A stretch of 63,047 bases of DNA, filler included, from Asterionella formosa (taxonomy: Eukaryota): assembly GCA_002256025.1 (NCBI GenBank). It is 2 parts of 2 records of this genome, joined end to end, with 100 filler letters (N's around TTAATTAATTAA, not from the genome) between each part and the next. Parts side by side here need not be neighbours in the genome. Positions count along the whole stretch, not along the records: positions 1 to 31,490 come from NKIB01000656.1; 1 more part is not named here. One strand, 5' to 3'. The notes under the pieces were generated by a model that ran no database searches, was not told the DNA's origin, and saw nothing but the letters and a program-made list of their open reading frames with translations. The stretch's first letter is position 1; the number at the start of each line of letters is the position of its first letter. Made by a program: the position numbers and the translations under genes. Positions 13,655-25,997 of the stretch are shown piece after piece.

Positions 13655-13885
13655 GTCAAACGTTTGTGTTTTCCGGGTTTTTAAGCCTGTTCTTCCTATA
13701 GGTAAAACTTCTTTTTCGAGTTCCACCGAAGCTTAGTGGAGCCTCTCAACAAATGCCTATATACAAAGTATTACTTCATGTTACTCCTTTCTTTTTTTGG
13801 AAAAATCGGTCATTGAGATTAACCCCTCGAGCACAATACAGCACGAGAAAACTAGAACCGGTAGCAATTTTAAATCAACTAGCTG
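13655..13885. repeat. Dispersed direct repeat, copy 1 (copy 2 at ~15275-15503)
   Basis: Both copies share tcaaac.tttgt.ttttcc...ttcctataggtaaaacttct...tggagcctctcaacaaa.gcctata...aatcaac.agctgat. Confidence 0.75.
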
Positions 13886-15274
13886 ATAAACAATGGTGGT
13901 GTTTTCGGTACCAGGTAGCGTTGGTGAGGACCTAACAAACAGGATAAATGATAACAAATTATTGGAAACAATGATAAGATCCTCCAATTTGAGTGTAGGA
14001 CACTGCTTGAGGAAAAGGCACATCGGAACTAGAGCAGTTGACATGATGATACATGTCTCCTTTGTGATTTCTGCGTCAATGATTGATTCGATGTAGTATA
14101 TTCAGTAAAACAAGGACAAAGTGGGAATGTTAGCAATGCAGAAAAAAGCTCATCTGTTCTCAAAGCATTCCACAGGTCTAGGGCAGAGCAAAGTGTTTGT
14201 TTGATATGCAGTAATGTGAACAAACAAAAATCAGATCCAAACAAGAAGTAACAAGACACTAGTGTTTGTCGAGCAGAACTACAGCAATTCAAAAAGAAAA
14301 ATGAAGAAGACCATTGGTATACACTACCGGTAATGATACTCTGAAGTGAATAATTTTTTAAGAATGAATATAGGCATGATAGTAAATTGTTGACACAAGG
14401 AAAGATCAATGGCATAAAAAATAAATTATTGTTTTATGTTGTGAAATGCTGAAGTATGAGGGAAATAAGTATGATATACCGGTATTAGGAAAATGATATT
14501 TCGTCCTCCTCACCCTTACCCTTCTTTTCAGATGCTACCTTGGAATAGTATAAGATTAGGGTTAGGGGGACGAAATATCTGTTTTATTTTTTATAAATAT
14601 ATTTATAATATAACAAATATAATTAAAATCCTTTGTATTGGTGTAATTTACGTATATAGCTACACTGTATTTCGTTTCGACATTGTATGCCAAGTACCTG
14701 CAAGTTGCGGTAATTTTGCTATATCTAGTTCCACGTACAACTTCGTACCGGCAATACTGATTCCAATTCCAAATTGATAAATGTGTCTTTTTCTTGATAT
14801 CCGTTTAATAAACAAACCCGGCCAGCTTGTTGTTCCTATATATTTTTAGCTTTACTAATCTGATTTTGCCTAAAATATTGGAATCTTTTTTGCTTATTCT
14901 GCCATTTGCTTCTGTTGGTTTTGCTTATTGTTGGACTGTTTTGATTAAGCAAAGCAGCTTTGCTTAAAGTAGCAATTTTGTTTATTGTGACGTGATCATT
15001 TTAGTGCAGCTGCCGTCACACCCACCTATGACCTATGTAATCATACTATAGCTAATGATACTGAATACAGGTAAATAAATGTCCTACTAAGATGAAGTGA
15101 AAAATGTATATTGCATACCGGCATACATTATAAGTAGACTATGGATGGATTCAGATTCATGCACAGGGTATGTAGTACCCGAGATAGCATGCATTTGCTC
15201 TGGAATAAAATTATTAATACGCTATGGTGTAGCAGTAGTCATAGTTGCAAGCGGCCACATGCCACCTTTGTTGT

Positions 15275-15503
15275 GGTCAAACATTTGTATTTTCCTGGTT
15301 GTTTTGGCCTGTTTTTCCTATAGGTAAAACTTCTTGTTCAAGTTTCACCAAATTTTACTGGAGCCTCTCAACAAACGCCTATAGTACTTTATATCATTCC
15401 TTTCTCAATTTGAAAAAAAATCGGTGATTGAGATAGTACCCCTCAAGCAAAATATAGCAAGAAAAAAACAACTACTGGTAGAAATGTTCAATCAACCAGC
15501 TGA
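15275..15503. repeat. Dispersed direct repeat, copy 2
   Basis: Diverged copy of 13655-13885. Confidence 0.75.
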
Positions 15504-17238
15504 TCCAGTCAAAGCGGAAGGCAACTATTGGATCAATAGTTACACTTAAAATGGACTACAGATATAGAAGGCAGCAACCCACATGGAATTTCTACCATTG
15601 TGTTTGACCTATCTAACAAATGAACTTGAAAAGGAATACAAGCAGTAACTGATCATCGCGTTATATGTTCTGGAAAAAGGTAGATATCATGAGAAGATAT
15701 GCTTTATCCCTCTAGAAAGATAAATTGTCCAGCATCGAAATAAGGCAGTCATTTCACCATATTTGAATGAAAAGAGACAAGCCATGCTTGATGGAACTTT
15801 CGCCTGTGAAAATTATAGAAAAATGAGTATGCAGCAAGTGCATACTTTGTGTTATCTTCAAGATAGCAAGTCAAAACAAAGGGGTAAGTGTATGACAAAA
15901 TGCACAAATGCTTGTGGATGTTTTAAGGAAAAGAATGATTGCAGTGTGTCTTGCAAATGTTCTGCAAAATTTATGAACAAATTCTTAAGTCCTTATTATG
16001 TAACAATAATTTTCATCAAATTTTTTGTCATAGAAAAATCGGGTGAAACAGCTGTGTTGGAAATTGTGGTAAATGTAGGAATGATTGGATAAAGCCTCAT
16101 CCTAGAATGCTTTAGTATCTGATTTATTTTTCCTTGGTAATATGCAGACTACTACCGGTATACCAGTACATAGGCGTCTTGGAATCACCCCCATATCAGG
16201 GGTCAGAATGGTGATTTTCTTAGCCTGAAATACATTTCATTTCAATTCAATTGCCTCCAAATTGCCTTGAAATTTTTATCGGTGACTCGAAAAAAGATGG
16301 CCATGACTGTAGAGATTATATTCACAATTCAAGCACTTGTATAGCAGAGATACTTCAACTTGTTACTTCAAATCTGATGAATAGTGTCGATTCAGCAGAT
16401 TTCACTAGTAAATTCTGCTGTTTTGGATTTATCAGACATGGCATAACAGATGGCTATCGTTCCCAAGGTGCAAACTGGGAGTTACCAAATTTGGTCAATA
16501 CTAACACAAATTTTGGTGTTATAATACACATGAAATAACATTTCTTTTTTTAGCATGCCCAGTATGATAGCAGAGGAATATTACAACATACCACTGGTAT
16601 ACTGCAGCCATTCAATGAGTTACATCAGTCACAGTATTGTGGAGATATGTATGACCAATATGCTGTGTGAATGTCCTGGAACTTCAACACAAGTATGTGG
16701 ATTTATTGCAGATAGCCTACCAGTTATGCTACCAGTACTAGACCCAACAATGCATGCAATGAATTTATAGAAGATAAAATACTGGTAGCAATCATCACAC
16801 TTCAGCTTTGCTGTCAAAACTTGTTCTCAGCACCCTACATCACTTCATGGATACACCTTCAATGGTAGATAACAATGTTACCAGTGCTCCATAAGGTACT
16901 GATAGTTCTTTTTGGTTGCTAGCCTTTCCGCATGCAGTGTTTACACCCTTGCATAAATCTCAAAAACCAAATGGAAGAGCAAGGAGCTTGAGCTATCCTT
17001 GAGTATTTATCCTCCATCATCACTTCAGTCTGGAGGTTGAAACTTGCTGTTGTACTGATGCTGGCAGTTCATATACATTGAAGCAGGAATGCTAGAAAAC
17101 TCCCATCACCAAGAATTTATTGCTGTATCTTTGGTGCCATTTAAAATATGGGCCTAAAAGGGAAAAGTACCTAAATATTGGAATTATTGGCAGGAAAGAA
17201 CAGGATTTTTTGCCTGTACATGGAATGCAGCAGTAACA

Positions 17239-20200
17239 TTATGCTGACATGTGTGTGAAGAATGATGCCCGCCAAGGATTGTCAGTGCGAAAGTTTTCAG
17301 GGTCATATGGGCTGAATGCAGGAAGAAGCTCTGTTTTCACAGAATCATTAGTGAGATTCAATTGCTCCATATCTTTGCGAATGAAACTGACTTTGTCACT
17401 GTCCTCTGAATGTATCTTTGCAAGTACTTGAAGGCCTTGCAACCGTTGACCAATTTCTCTCTGACCAGTTAGGTCTACAGAAAGTGTTAGTGTATATGGT
17501 ATCATCATAGAAATGCATGCTTTTAAATTTCAAGTTTGACAAAGCACTTACATCCAATGTACCCCACAGCGACATTAGCCAACTTGTTGCTGTAATAGAC
17601 AACTGGGACCATCCGCACAGCTTTTGTTGCTGTTGCATACTGATAACTCATGTGATAAGTCATCTCTTGAATAATTTCTTTTGTTAGTGGACTCACGTGT
17701 GCATCAGGTTTCCAAACAACATTTTCATTCAGAATAACACGATAAAAAATGGGTTTGCTTGTACCCTTGATACCACCATGTGCTGTCAATAGGAAGTCAT
17801 ACCCTCCATTGGGAGATACCATCTCAAACAATTGCACGGGAGATGCAGGTTGTTGTGACATCATCTGCTCATCCTCTGAAGGACAAACAATAGCCAACCC
17901 CTGACTATCCCAGAAAGCATTAATTGTGTGATCCACACAAGTGCCACTCACAACATTCCTTGGACTGGATTTCTTGCCAAAAACCTCTAATTTTCTAGGT
18001 ACCATTCGAATATTGTGCTGACTCAAAGCCACAACAAATGTGATTATTGGTGTGCAAAAGGCACAACCAATTCCTCTGCACTTTGGGTTATGGCATGAAT
18101 CCATTCCATGCTCTGCACGAAGTTGAGCAAAAGCGTGTCTAATGCTTGTAACTTCTGTCTGTAGAAGTGCATCAAAATTTCCTTCGGATGCCCCATTTCT
18201 ATAGACGATAATCCGTTTTGGCAATTTTTCACCAGTGTGAAGATAATACTGGATTGCAAGATTCTGGCAAAGACAAGGCGGAGAAAAATAGACAAAGAGT
18301 GTGTGAGCACTGGAGTTCTGCTTAATTTACATTGCCTTCGAAAGCAAAAATGTACCTTTGTGAGGCTTACAAGGACACCTGGCTCAATAAGGCTTGGAGA
18401 TTGTTGAAGTCGGTATGCCTGGGCCATTTGCATCCCATTTTGGAGACATGCTGACGCTGCAACAACACTTTGGCTTTCTTGACCGCTAGCTGAAAGGGGA
18501 AATGTCAAATCAAGGTAGGAACAAATCCATCTCAGTAAAGCACATTGTCTTACCTCTTGCCATTGAGAGGCCCATGACCATTGTTGGTGCTTGTTCAAGC
18601 CACGGAATTCGTGCTTCCACACTATCAACATCCCATGCATAAGCGCAATTATGCTTGCTTGACAATTTAGCATTCAATTTCAGTGCGATGTTGCTGCAGC
18701 TGAAATTTGCGAAAATAATTAGTGGCTGCACAAAAATAAATGCTCACTAAAACAAAGGAGAAGCAAGAAACTCACTATTGGTCGGGACTCTTCTGCTGTG
18801 AAAACTTTGAACCAAGGAAGCACTGGGATTGCACACCAAACTCAAAGTTTGACATTAGTTTAATTAAATTGTACCTTTCATTTAGAACATTGCAAGTTAG
18901 AAAATTATTCGAAGACTTATTGCGGACAAGTAGCAACACATGCACTTACCGGCCAGCTCCATCATCAGGTAACTGACAGAATACAACACTAGGACACTCA
19001 ATTTGCCAATCCTCTGCTATAGTGACAGGTCGCTTTTTTGCCTCCATTGGAATTTGAGAACCTTCTTCTGAAATCCAGACATATGCTTCAAGAGAAACAG
19101 GTTGTCCTTCAACAGTACATTGTCCTTCAACAAAAGTGGGAAATAGCATACATTAGGGCCAACAATACAACTTAAAAAACAATGATTTCATTCTCATTGA
19201 ATATACCTTGTTCGTTCCACGACATATCAAATAAATCAACTGGCGATGCATGATTGCTGACAAGGGCCATTTTTCTGACTATGATTTCTTGTCCATTCAA
19301 GTCAACAGCATGAGTAGGGGGGTAAACTCCCTGCGGTAGCACAACCTCAAAACTGCTAGATCCCTGTTCTAGCCATGGGAAGATGATTCCCTCGGTAGTG
19401 TCCCCATCGGGGCTAATCACGTTAGTTCTGAAAAATGCACCGTTTTTCTTGAAAAAACCTGAGGAATCCCGAAGGAAATAATTCCTTGCCCTGAAAATTG
19501 CTTCCTTGAAAGCATCAAAGATCTGGGCAGCAAGTGTCAGCAGACATGGTATTAATTCTTTTAAGTCAACGCTTCACACATACCTCAGCTGGGTTGCCAT
19601 TGCTACTTGCTTTGACAGTTAACTCAGGAAGTGCAGAACGCATGCTGATGTTTTTTGGTAACTGCATCCCATGAGCCTTCATCCTTGATGTGAGCATGGT
19701 GATGAACTTGTCCATCGAAGTCCAATTCCCTGCAAAATCTATAGCAGCAAAAGACATCAATTTTGCCGGGCTGCAGAGAAGAAAGGAAATGAATAAGCAT
19801 TTAGACACAGTTCGGAAGGCAGCCCGAACAAGTGTTAACCCCTTCACTCACCTAGAAAAAACAAGGTCGTTTCTTCCGTCAAGAAGATTCCAGGAGCCAT
19901 CCCTTAAGGAGCCACGGATTTTGTTATGAAAAGTGATATTGGGCTCCTTTAGCACTTTGGCTTTCAACGTCAGGGGTTCATTCTCTATTTTCACATTGAA
20001 CTGGCTGAGTAGAGCACTAGAACTTTGGCCTGTTTGTGCCTGGACTTCTTCAGCCATTTGCTTGATTTGTGCAAGATGGTCAAGCCGTCGTGTTGACGCG
20101 AAGTTATCGTTAAAACCAAGTACGTGTTTGACCTTTACATATAATTGAGTTAGTTTCACCAGGATCACTGAGAATGACAATAGATTTGCAGTAGGACACC

Positions 20201-22254
20201 TACCTGCTCAGGAGAGTTAGCATCCTTCATCTTTCCAAAAGCTTGTCGCAGGAATTCCACTGGAAAATACCCCTCTGAAGTTAAAACCATTGGCATGAAA
20301 GGGAACTCAAGAGGAAGACCTCTCTTCTCTGCGAAGTATTGAGCAACAGAGTATTTGATTGGAGTCTCATCCGGAACAGAGTCTTCGGGGCCTTTCCTTG
20401 GCGTCAATTCGAAGCTGTGAAGATCTGGGTTGTTTGCTTCCATGATGACTCCAGGCTTTTCCTTGCTCTTCCACATGACATTTTGATTATTCAATATCCT
20501 CGTCCGTTTCTTTTTCTTGAAGGCTACCTTCTTCTCGATAGTGTCTTGATCCTTTCCTTCTGCTCGTAAGGTATTTCGAAATTCTAAAAGAAGCAATGGC
20601 AAATACTTAGAATCATTTCTCTTGTGAAAGCGCGGCCCATGCATGTATCACACTAACCTTCTTCATCTTCTCTGCTCCATGGCAGGGTGTAGCGGACATG
20701 AAAATTACACTTTTTCAAAGCAGCTTTGACAGCCTCTACAGTTCGAGGGTCTTTGATTGGTCTGCTTAAGTCGCCAACAGACACACCACAAATGGTTCTA
20801 TTCTTGCGATCCAGCAACATTACAGGTTGTGCAGGGTGGGGACTCTGTCGGTCCTTGTTCTCTAACAGGAACCAAGACAGGCCGACATCAACATTCAAGA
20901 ACACATTTCCATCTTGGCAAACTCGAATCGCCTGGGACATACCAACAAACGGAGCAAAGGATTGCTCTCTCTGAAACTCGAAATTAGAACATGCCAAAGA
21001 TCTTGTACATCGAGATCAATTTGGAAAACTTACATTGGAGAGGTACACACCAGAGAGTGCAGGTCCGAGCACTCTCCTATCGAGTTGCATTTCTGGGGGA
21101 AGGTAAAAGAAGTGGGGGGACTTCCCAACAGAAATCATGGGAGAGCTATACATGCTCGATTTCAACATAGTCTCGAGGCATTGTTTGATCTGCTGCACAA
21201 ATGCTAGTTGATCTGCTACGCAAGTAACTTCCGTTGCCTGAATAATCCCGACCTCTCGCACTCTGACTATGAACCATTGTTTCTTTGCACTATAGCAAAG
21301 TGAGCCAGATGATAAATGAGTACTGCGCTAACTGAACAATAATACTTACCTCTCTGCTCCCTCGTCAGATTCATCGCAATTTGTAAGTACCTTGACGCAG
21401 TAATACCACGTCAATCCGACCTGTGGTCCCTGATGTCCTCCTGTTGGGATACCTACATCCGATGGACCATAGATGCCTGGGGTTACCAGAGCTTGCTTAT
21501 TCTCGACAAAGGCAGCCGCGGGAATGCGGGGGTCGGAGCCTGACTCTTTGATTATTTGTGAAGGGGCATAAGCTGCGGCCCCTCCGTCACACTGAATGAA
21601 AAGTGAGCTTCGGAAGCAAAATGGATGCGATCCAACGAAAAAACACGATAACTTACTACTAGGGCTACGCCAGTGGTGTCGAAAATCTCTCGACGGAGAC
21701 TGTTAAGGATTCGCCTGGAAAGAGGCGTGGATCCCTTGTCGAAGTCCATTTCAAACTTCGTTCCCTCCATTTTCCGCGAATCCTTCGGAATAATCATGAT
21801 GGGGCGGCTGCCCTCAGGCAACTCAGAGGTCTGATCGATAGTCCTTCTAGCATGGAAGATGCTGACATAGTATTGTACCCAAGTGCAGTTGTCACTCATG
21901 TGCTGCACCGACATGTTGAGCTTGAAAAAGTTCAGCTGAGAAACGACGTGTAAGATTGACAAGTGGTCTGCAAGTGAGAGTTCGTATCTTCCCAGGTAGA
22001 ACGATCTTCGCTATGATGATGATTCAACTTTGGATTCAGAACATGATCGGAGAACTCACCATGACTTCTTCGTAATCTGACCTCCCACGACTTCCCCCAC
22101 CTCCTCTTCCTCCAAAGCTACCGCCACCGCGTCCGCCACCTCTATGACCGCCTGGGGGGCCCTGGTTGTACCCGAAGTCCCGGGAGCGGGATCGTTCGCG
22201 ATCATCGTCGCGATGATTGTAATCCTGGCGGCCTCGGCTATTCTGATACGACAT
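17239..22254 (-). CDS. AGO: Argonaute (RGG-rich N-terminus, N, L1, PAZ, MID, PIWI), ~15 exons, predicted slicer-dead
   Basis: Exons join via GT-AG introns (e.g. 21936-22059, 21592-21656, 21290-21349, 20971-21033, 20584-20657, 20133-20203). Motifs LNFF, GMSQAIR..LNVDV, PAZ SVAQYF..L.FPFMP..YFPVE, MID YNLIK..VQSQC..KLNAKL, PIWI PKRIIVYRNGASEG, HGGIKGTSKP, YATATKAVRMVPVVYY. Confidence 0.92.
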
Positions 22255-22945
22255 TGCAGCTTGCTTCTACAGCACGATGCAGCAATAGCTTGCGTGACTT
22301 TGCCTCTGCCTTGTTGAGTTCAGAGGTGTCGACGATGTTGAGAAAGGAATTGCAAAAAAGCTTATTGTTAATAGGCAGACTTAAACAATACCGGTTGTCA
22401 AAAGATTCTGCCAAGGAATACTGGTAATACAAAGTACGTAGAATTTAACAATAACCATTATACGTATAACGTGTTGAAAGATTTCTTATGTTAATTTCGG
22501 TTATCATGCGCTCTCAAGGAACATTTTTCTTTACATCGTACCTGGTACCTGGAACCGGCTGTTGGGAAGAGAATGACAGTGCCACGTATGTCTGCAAATT
22601 AGAAGTGTCATGTAAGTAGCATCAAGGTATCATGCACCAAGTAGCACAGGATTTTTCGGTTTATGATACATTTGCATGTACATGTATGTATGATCAAATC
22701 CTACCATAAGTATGATAATATTATCATACCAGTACTGGTACTTTAAATGATAATATTATGCATTGTATTGGTTGTCATAATTTGTCAGAAACAATTCCAA
22801 TCTACAAATAAACATCTTAGATCTACAATGCCAATTATTGGAACAGCCACCATAAGAATACTACCGGTAGTCAAATATGATCACCCTAATTAATTATTTC
22901 GATGGCCCACTATGACAAATTGGGCTACATACATAAACAACTTAA

Positions 22946-24199
22946 GGTTGCTGCATTTGAACCTCTAGCTAGAGGTAGGGTTTAAAAAATAATATTGAGT
23001 CGGACTAATCAAACAGGTACTTTTCACGTATAAAATAGTTATATTTAACGCTCAACGGAGCTTTCACCAATACACACCCTTTCCAAATGCTTACATACAG
23101 TCTTCGGACAAAGTAGGGGTGTAGGTCCACTCTATATATCTTCAGTATGTAGGATCTGGTCAGAAACTGCAGAAAGGAACTTCTGTTTTTTTACTATGCT
23201 AAAAAGACTCGAAAATTCGGGAGAAATCTGTTTATTTGGCATAGTAAAAAAACGAAGTTCCCCTCTGCAGTTTCTTGCCAGAAGTTATATACTGATGCTA
23301 TTTGAAAGTTACCTATGTATCTAAATCGCCGTCAGACCCAGCCAACGTTTAGCTATCATCGTCCAAAAACTCGCATCGTCCCAAAACTCGACAAAATCGG
23401 CCTTTTCTACAGTCGCCAAAATATCGGAATCACAATTATTAAGTGCCGAAACGTCATCATCGGAATGGTAGCCGTGTGCCGGAATTTTTATTCCTAAAAT
23501 CTCCTGTCCAAAAAATCCATTGTAAGTGCCCGCTTCCACATGTATAATATAATTGTTGAATGTGAATTACATTCCTCTGTTTGATTGGCCTGGTTTGCGA
23601 GGTCTTGCAAACCCATACCGGCCACATTGGAAAAAATGTAACATTTTCTTGGGCGTACTTACAGTCCGGTTCTATATTCACGACAGGTACCAGTTGATGA
23701 TCATCATTGAACATAAGCATACCGCTCCTTGAGTGCACTTTCAAATATTTGCTGAGCCGCCGGGTCGTATACGTGACACATAGTCGTCGATTGGAGTATA
23801 GATTGTAGTACTGGTGTATGCACATGAAGCGATGTAGAATCTAAATAGATATAAATATGTATATATATATGTGCATTAAATGATTTGAATATGTCGAACT
23901 GATTCAATGGATAGCATATAAATCGCTAATTGGAGTATAGAGTGTCCATGCGCACACATGTTGATTGTATTTTTAGCGTATACCGGTATATACATACAGG
24001 AGCAACTAAGAGTGTCTAAATATATATCTAGCGATTTCGACAAGGAATCTATGTACATATTCGCAAATTTCCACTGATTAAAATATTTCAAATGGAATCA
24101 CGTCATTCAAAAATAGCTAACTAAATTCTTAATTCCAGGGAATTGTGGAAACCCTGAGCAATAATATAATTTTTGCCTAGGTTTTCAAATGCAGCAACC
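22946..24199. mobile_element. Non-autonomous TTAA-flanked TIR element, family A (Kolobok-type GG..CC termini)
   Basis: TTAA|GGTTGCTGCATTTGAA at the left end and TTCAAATGCAGCAACC|TTAA at the right end. The internal part recurs inverted at ~59126-59865. Confidence 0.85.
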
Positions 24200-24466
24200 T
24201 TAAGGGTATGACATCAAATATAAAATGTCATCCATCATAGAATAAAAATGATAGGAGTGAACTAAGATAGTTTCAACAACTTCCATAAACTTTTATAAAC
24301 CCACATAAATTTTGGGGCAAACTAACAATATGTTGTGTGCCTGATCATTTAATTTCTGTATCAACAGCCACAATTATTGTTCGCAGCAATCAACTGTAAT
24401 TTCTATGAAGAGCAAAGTAAAATGGCAATGCTATAGCAATATTAATGTTGTTGTCATATCCATTCA

Positions 24467-24525
24467 GGGGAATTTCTTCATGGTTAGCACACCTGTTGCG
24501 GGGGCAGGTTCGATTCCTGCCTTTT
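24467..24525 (+). pseudogene. tRNA-derived fragment / possible SINE head
   Basis: A-box-like TGGTTAG and a T-arm GCAGG-TTCGATT-CCTGC (B box) followed by a T run. The anticodon arm is too short for an intact tRNA. Confidence 0.4.
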
Positions 24526-24859
24526 TCATGTAATCCCTAGGGTTCCGGTGGGTCCGGCTTACGAAAAGACAGGTCCCGTTGTACTGTATGGACGAATAAA
24601 ACCAGTACTAATAGTGTTCATTTATTCTTTCGTGGACACGAGTGCGATAATTGGATAGCTTTAATAATGGAATATAAGATTTGATTGACAATTTTTTGTC
24701 ATATCTATTCAAACTATTCATATTTACATTATTTGCTGAACAGTATGCTTATTTACAACATTATTTTATTTCAAGTAAAACTTTCTATATAAATAACATG
24801 CATGTGAATAAATTTTATGTATACATGCATCCACAATCTCGTTGTTGTCATGCTGGAAA

Positions 24860-25375
24860 ATGGTGGTAACGAAAAGTGCCATTCTCCTGTTGTTCTTTTC
24901 AACCTCGGCATGTTCGGCATGGCTGTCCATACCGACAAAGCAAAAGGCGACTGTGTCCTTCATAAGATCAGAACCAAGTCGTTTGCAGCAGAACGGTAAT
25001 CGAGCTCTTTTTAGTTCTATGGAATTTGAGTCTGGGGTGCAAGTAGTCTCGTTGGAAGTGCTCACGAACCATGAAGAAGAGGGATCATTGCTGGCAGTGT
25101 CGCTTATCAAATGGTTGGATGCCGAATGGATGCCTCAGGACATTCATGTGACCATGGGAGAAAGTGCGAAGAAGAGCTACATAGAAGCACGCGAAAATGG
25201 CGAATCGGACATCATGAGTGTAATGATACGAGTTGCTGACGATCTCCGCGCCAACTGGAAAGTATATGAAAAGGAGGCATTTGTCAACGAATGGGATGTC
25301 GCCAATTACTGTAGTGACTACTTCACGCAGCGGAGCGGAAATGAGGCATGTGATTGCTCCACAATGATTTTATAG
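24860..25375 (+). CDS. Conserved protein of unknown function, predicted plastid-targeted
   Basis: Signal peptide ending ACSA-W (ASAFAP variant) plus a Ser/Arg-rich transit peptide. The mature part WLDAEWMPQDIH...FVNEWDVAN resembles an algal/plant/cyanobacterial family (from recall). Confidence 0.75.
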   Translation: MVVTKSAILLLFFSTSACSAWLSIPTKQKATVSFIRSEPSRLQQNGNRALFSSMEFESGVQVVSLEVLTNHEEEGSLLAVSLIKWLDAEWMPQDIHVTMGESAKKSYIEARENGESDIMSVMIRVADDLRANWKVYEKEAFVNEWDVANYCSDYFTQRSGNEACDCSTMIL

Positions 25376-25997
25376 ATGAAACAGTCGCGAAACAATTACA
25401 GCTTGTTATCCTATTTATTCAATCTCAGCATTTACATTTTTCTCGTAGGCTTGTGCAAAGCTATGATTTGTTGTCTCAACTACCAATCGATTGAATTCAG
25501 ACCGAAGAGGAAAGGAAAAGCCAAGTGAGCCTTGGTCCACGCTCTGGATCGCTGTCGCTGCCAGCTAAGATTCCAATTTTTAGCCTGTGCAGAATCAAGC
25601 AGCGAGAAATACTTGTCAGACCCTGAAATGTATACATTTAAAAATAATTACAAGTCTCGAGGTTGTTGATAAATTTCAGTAAAATTGACTTAGCTTTGCA
25701 AAATTTCCAGCACAAATAAACTCATGCAAACTTCAGATGCTTTCTTGATGGTCTTATCTCATGTTCGATGACCAGCTAGATTATTCATGTACTTTGGGCA
25801 TTGAGTGGAACATGGAAAGGTACAAATTATGAAGAGACAAACTTTAAGAAATGTTTGATTGACAGAAGTCAGCGTATTGATTTAAAGCACAAATTCACAT
25901 TCGTGCCGTCACACACAAAGGTTAATAATCTACCGCTTTACCTGATGTGCAAAAAATGTTCCAACTGCAATCCGTCAGATTCACGTTTAAACAATCG

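Noticed and set aside
18224..18300. Apparent frameshift or pseudogenisation of the Argonaute
   Set aside because: After the intron the sequence reads in frame (NLAIQYYLHTGEKLPKRII). The fragmented ORFs are explained by introns.
23457..24091. ORFs shared with 59073-59782 as a duplicated gene
   Set aside because: They lie inside transposon copies and the frames differ between copies.
22946..24199. piggyBac assignment from the TTAA duplication
   Set aside because: Termini are GG..CC rather than CC..GG, which fits Kolobok better.
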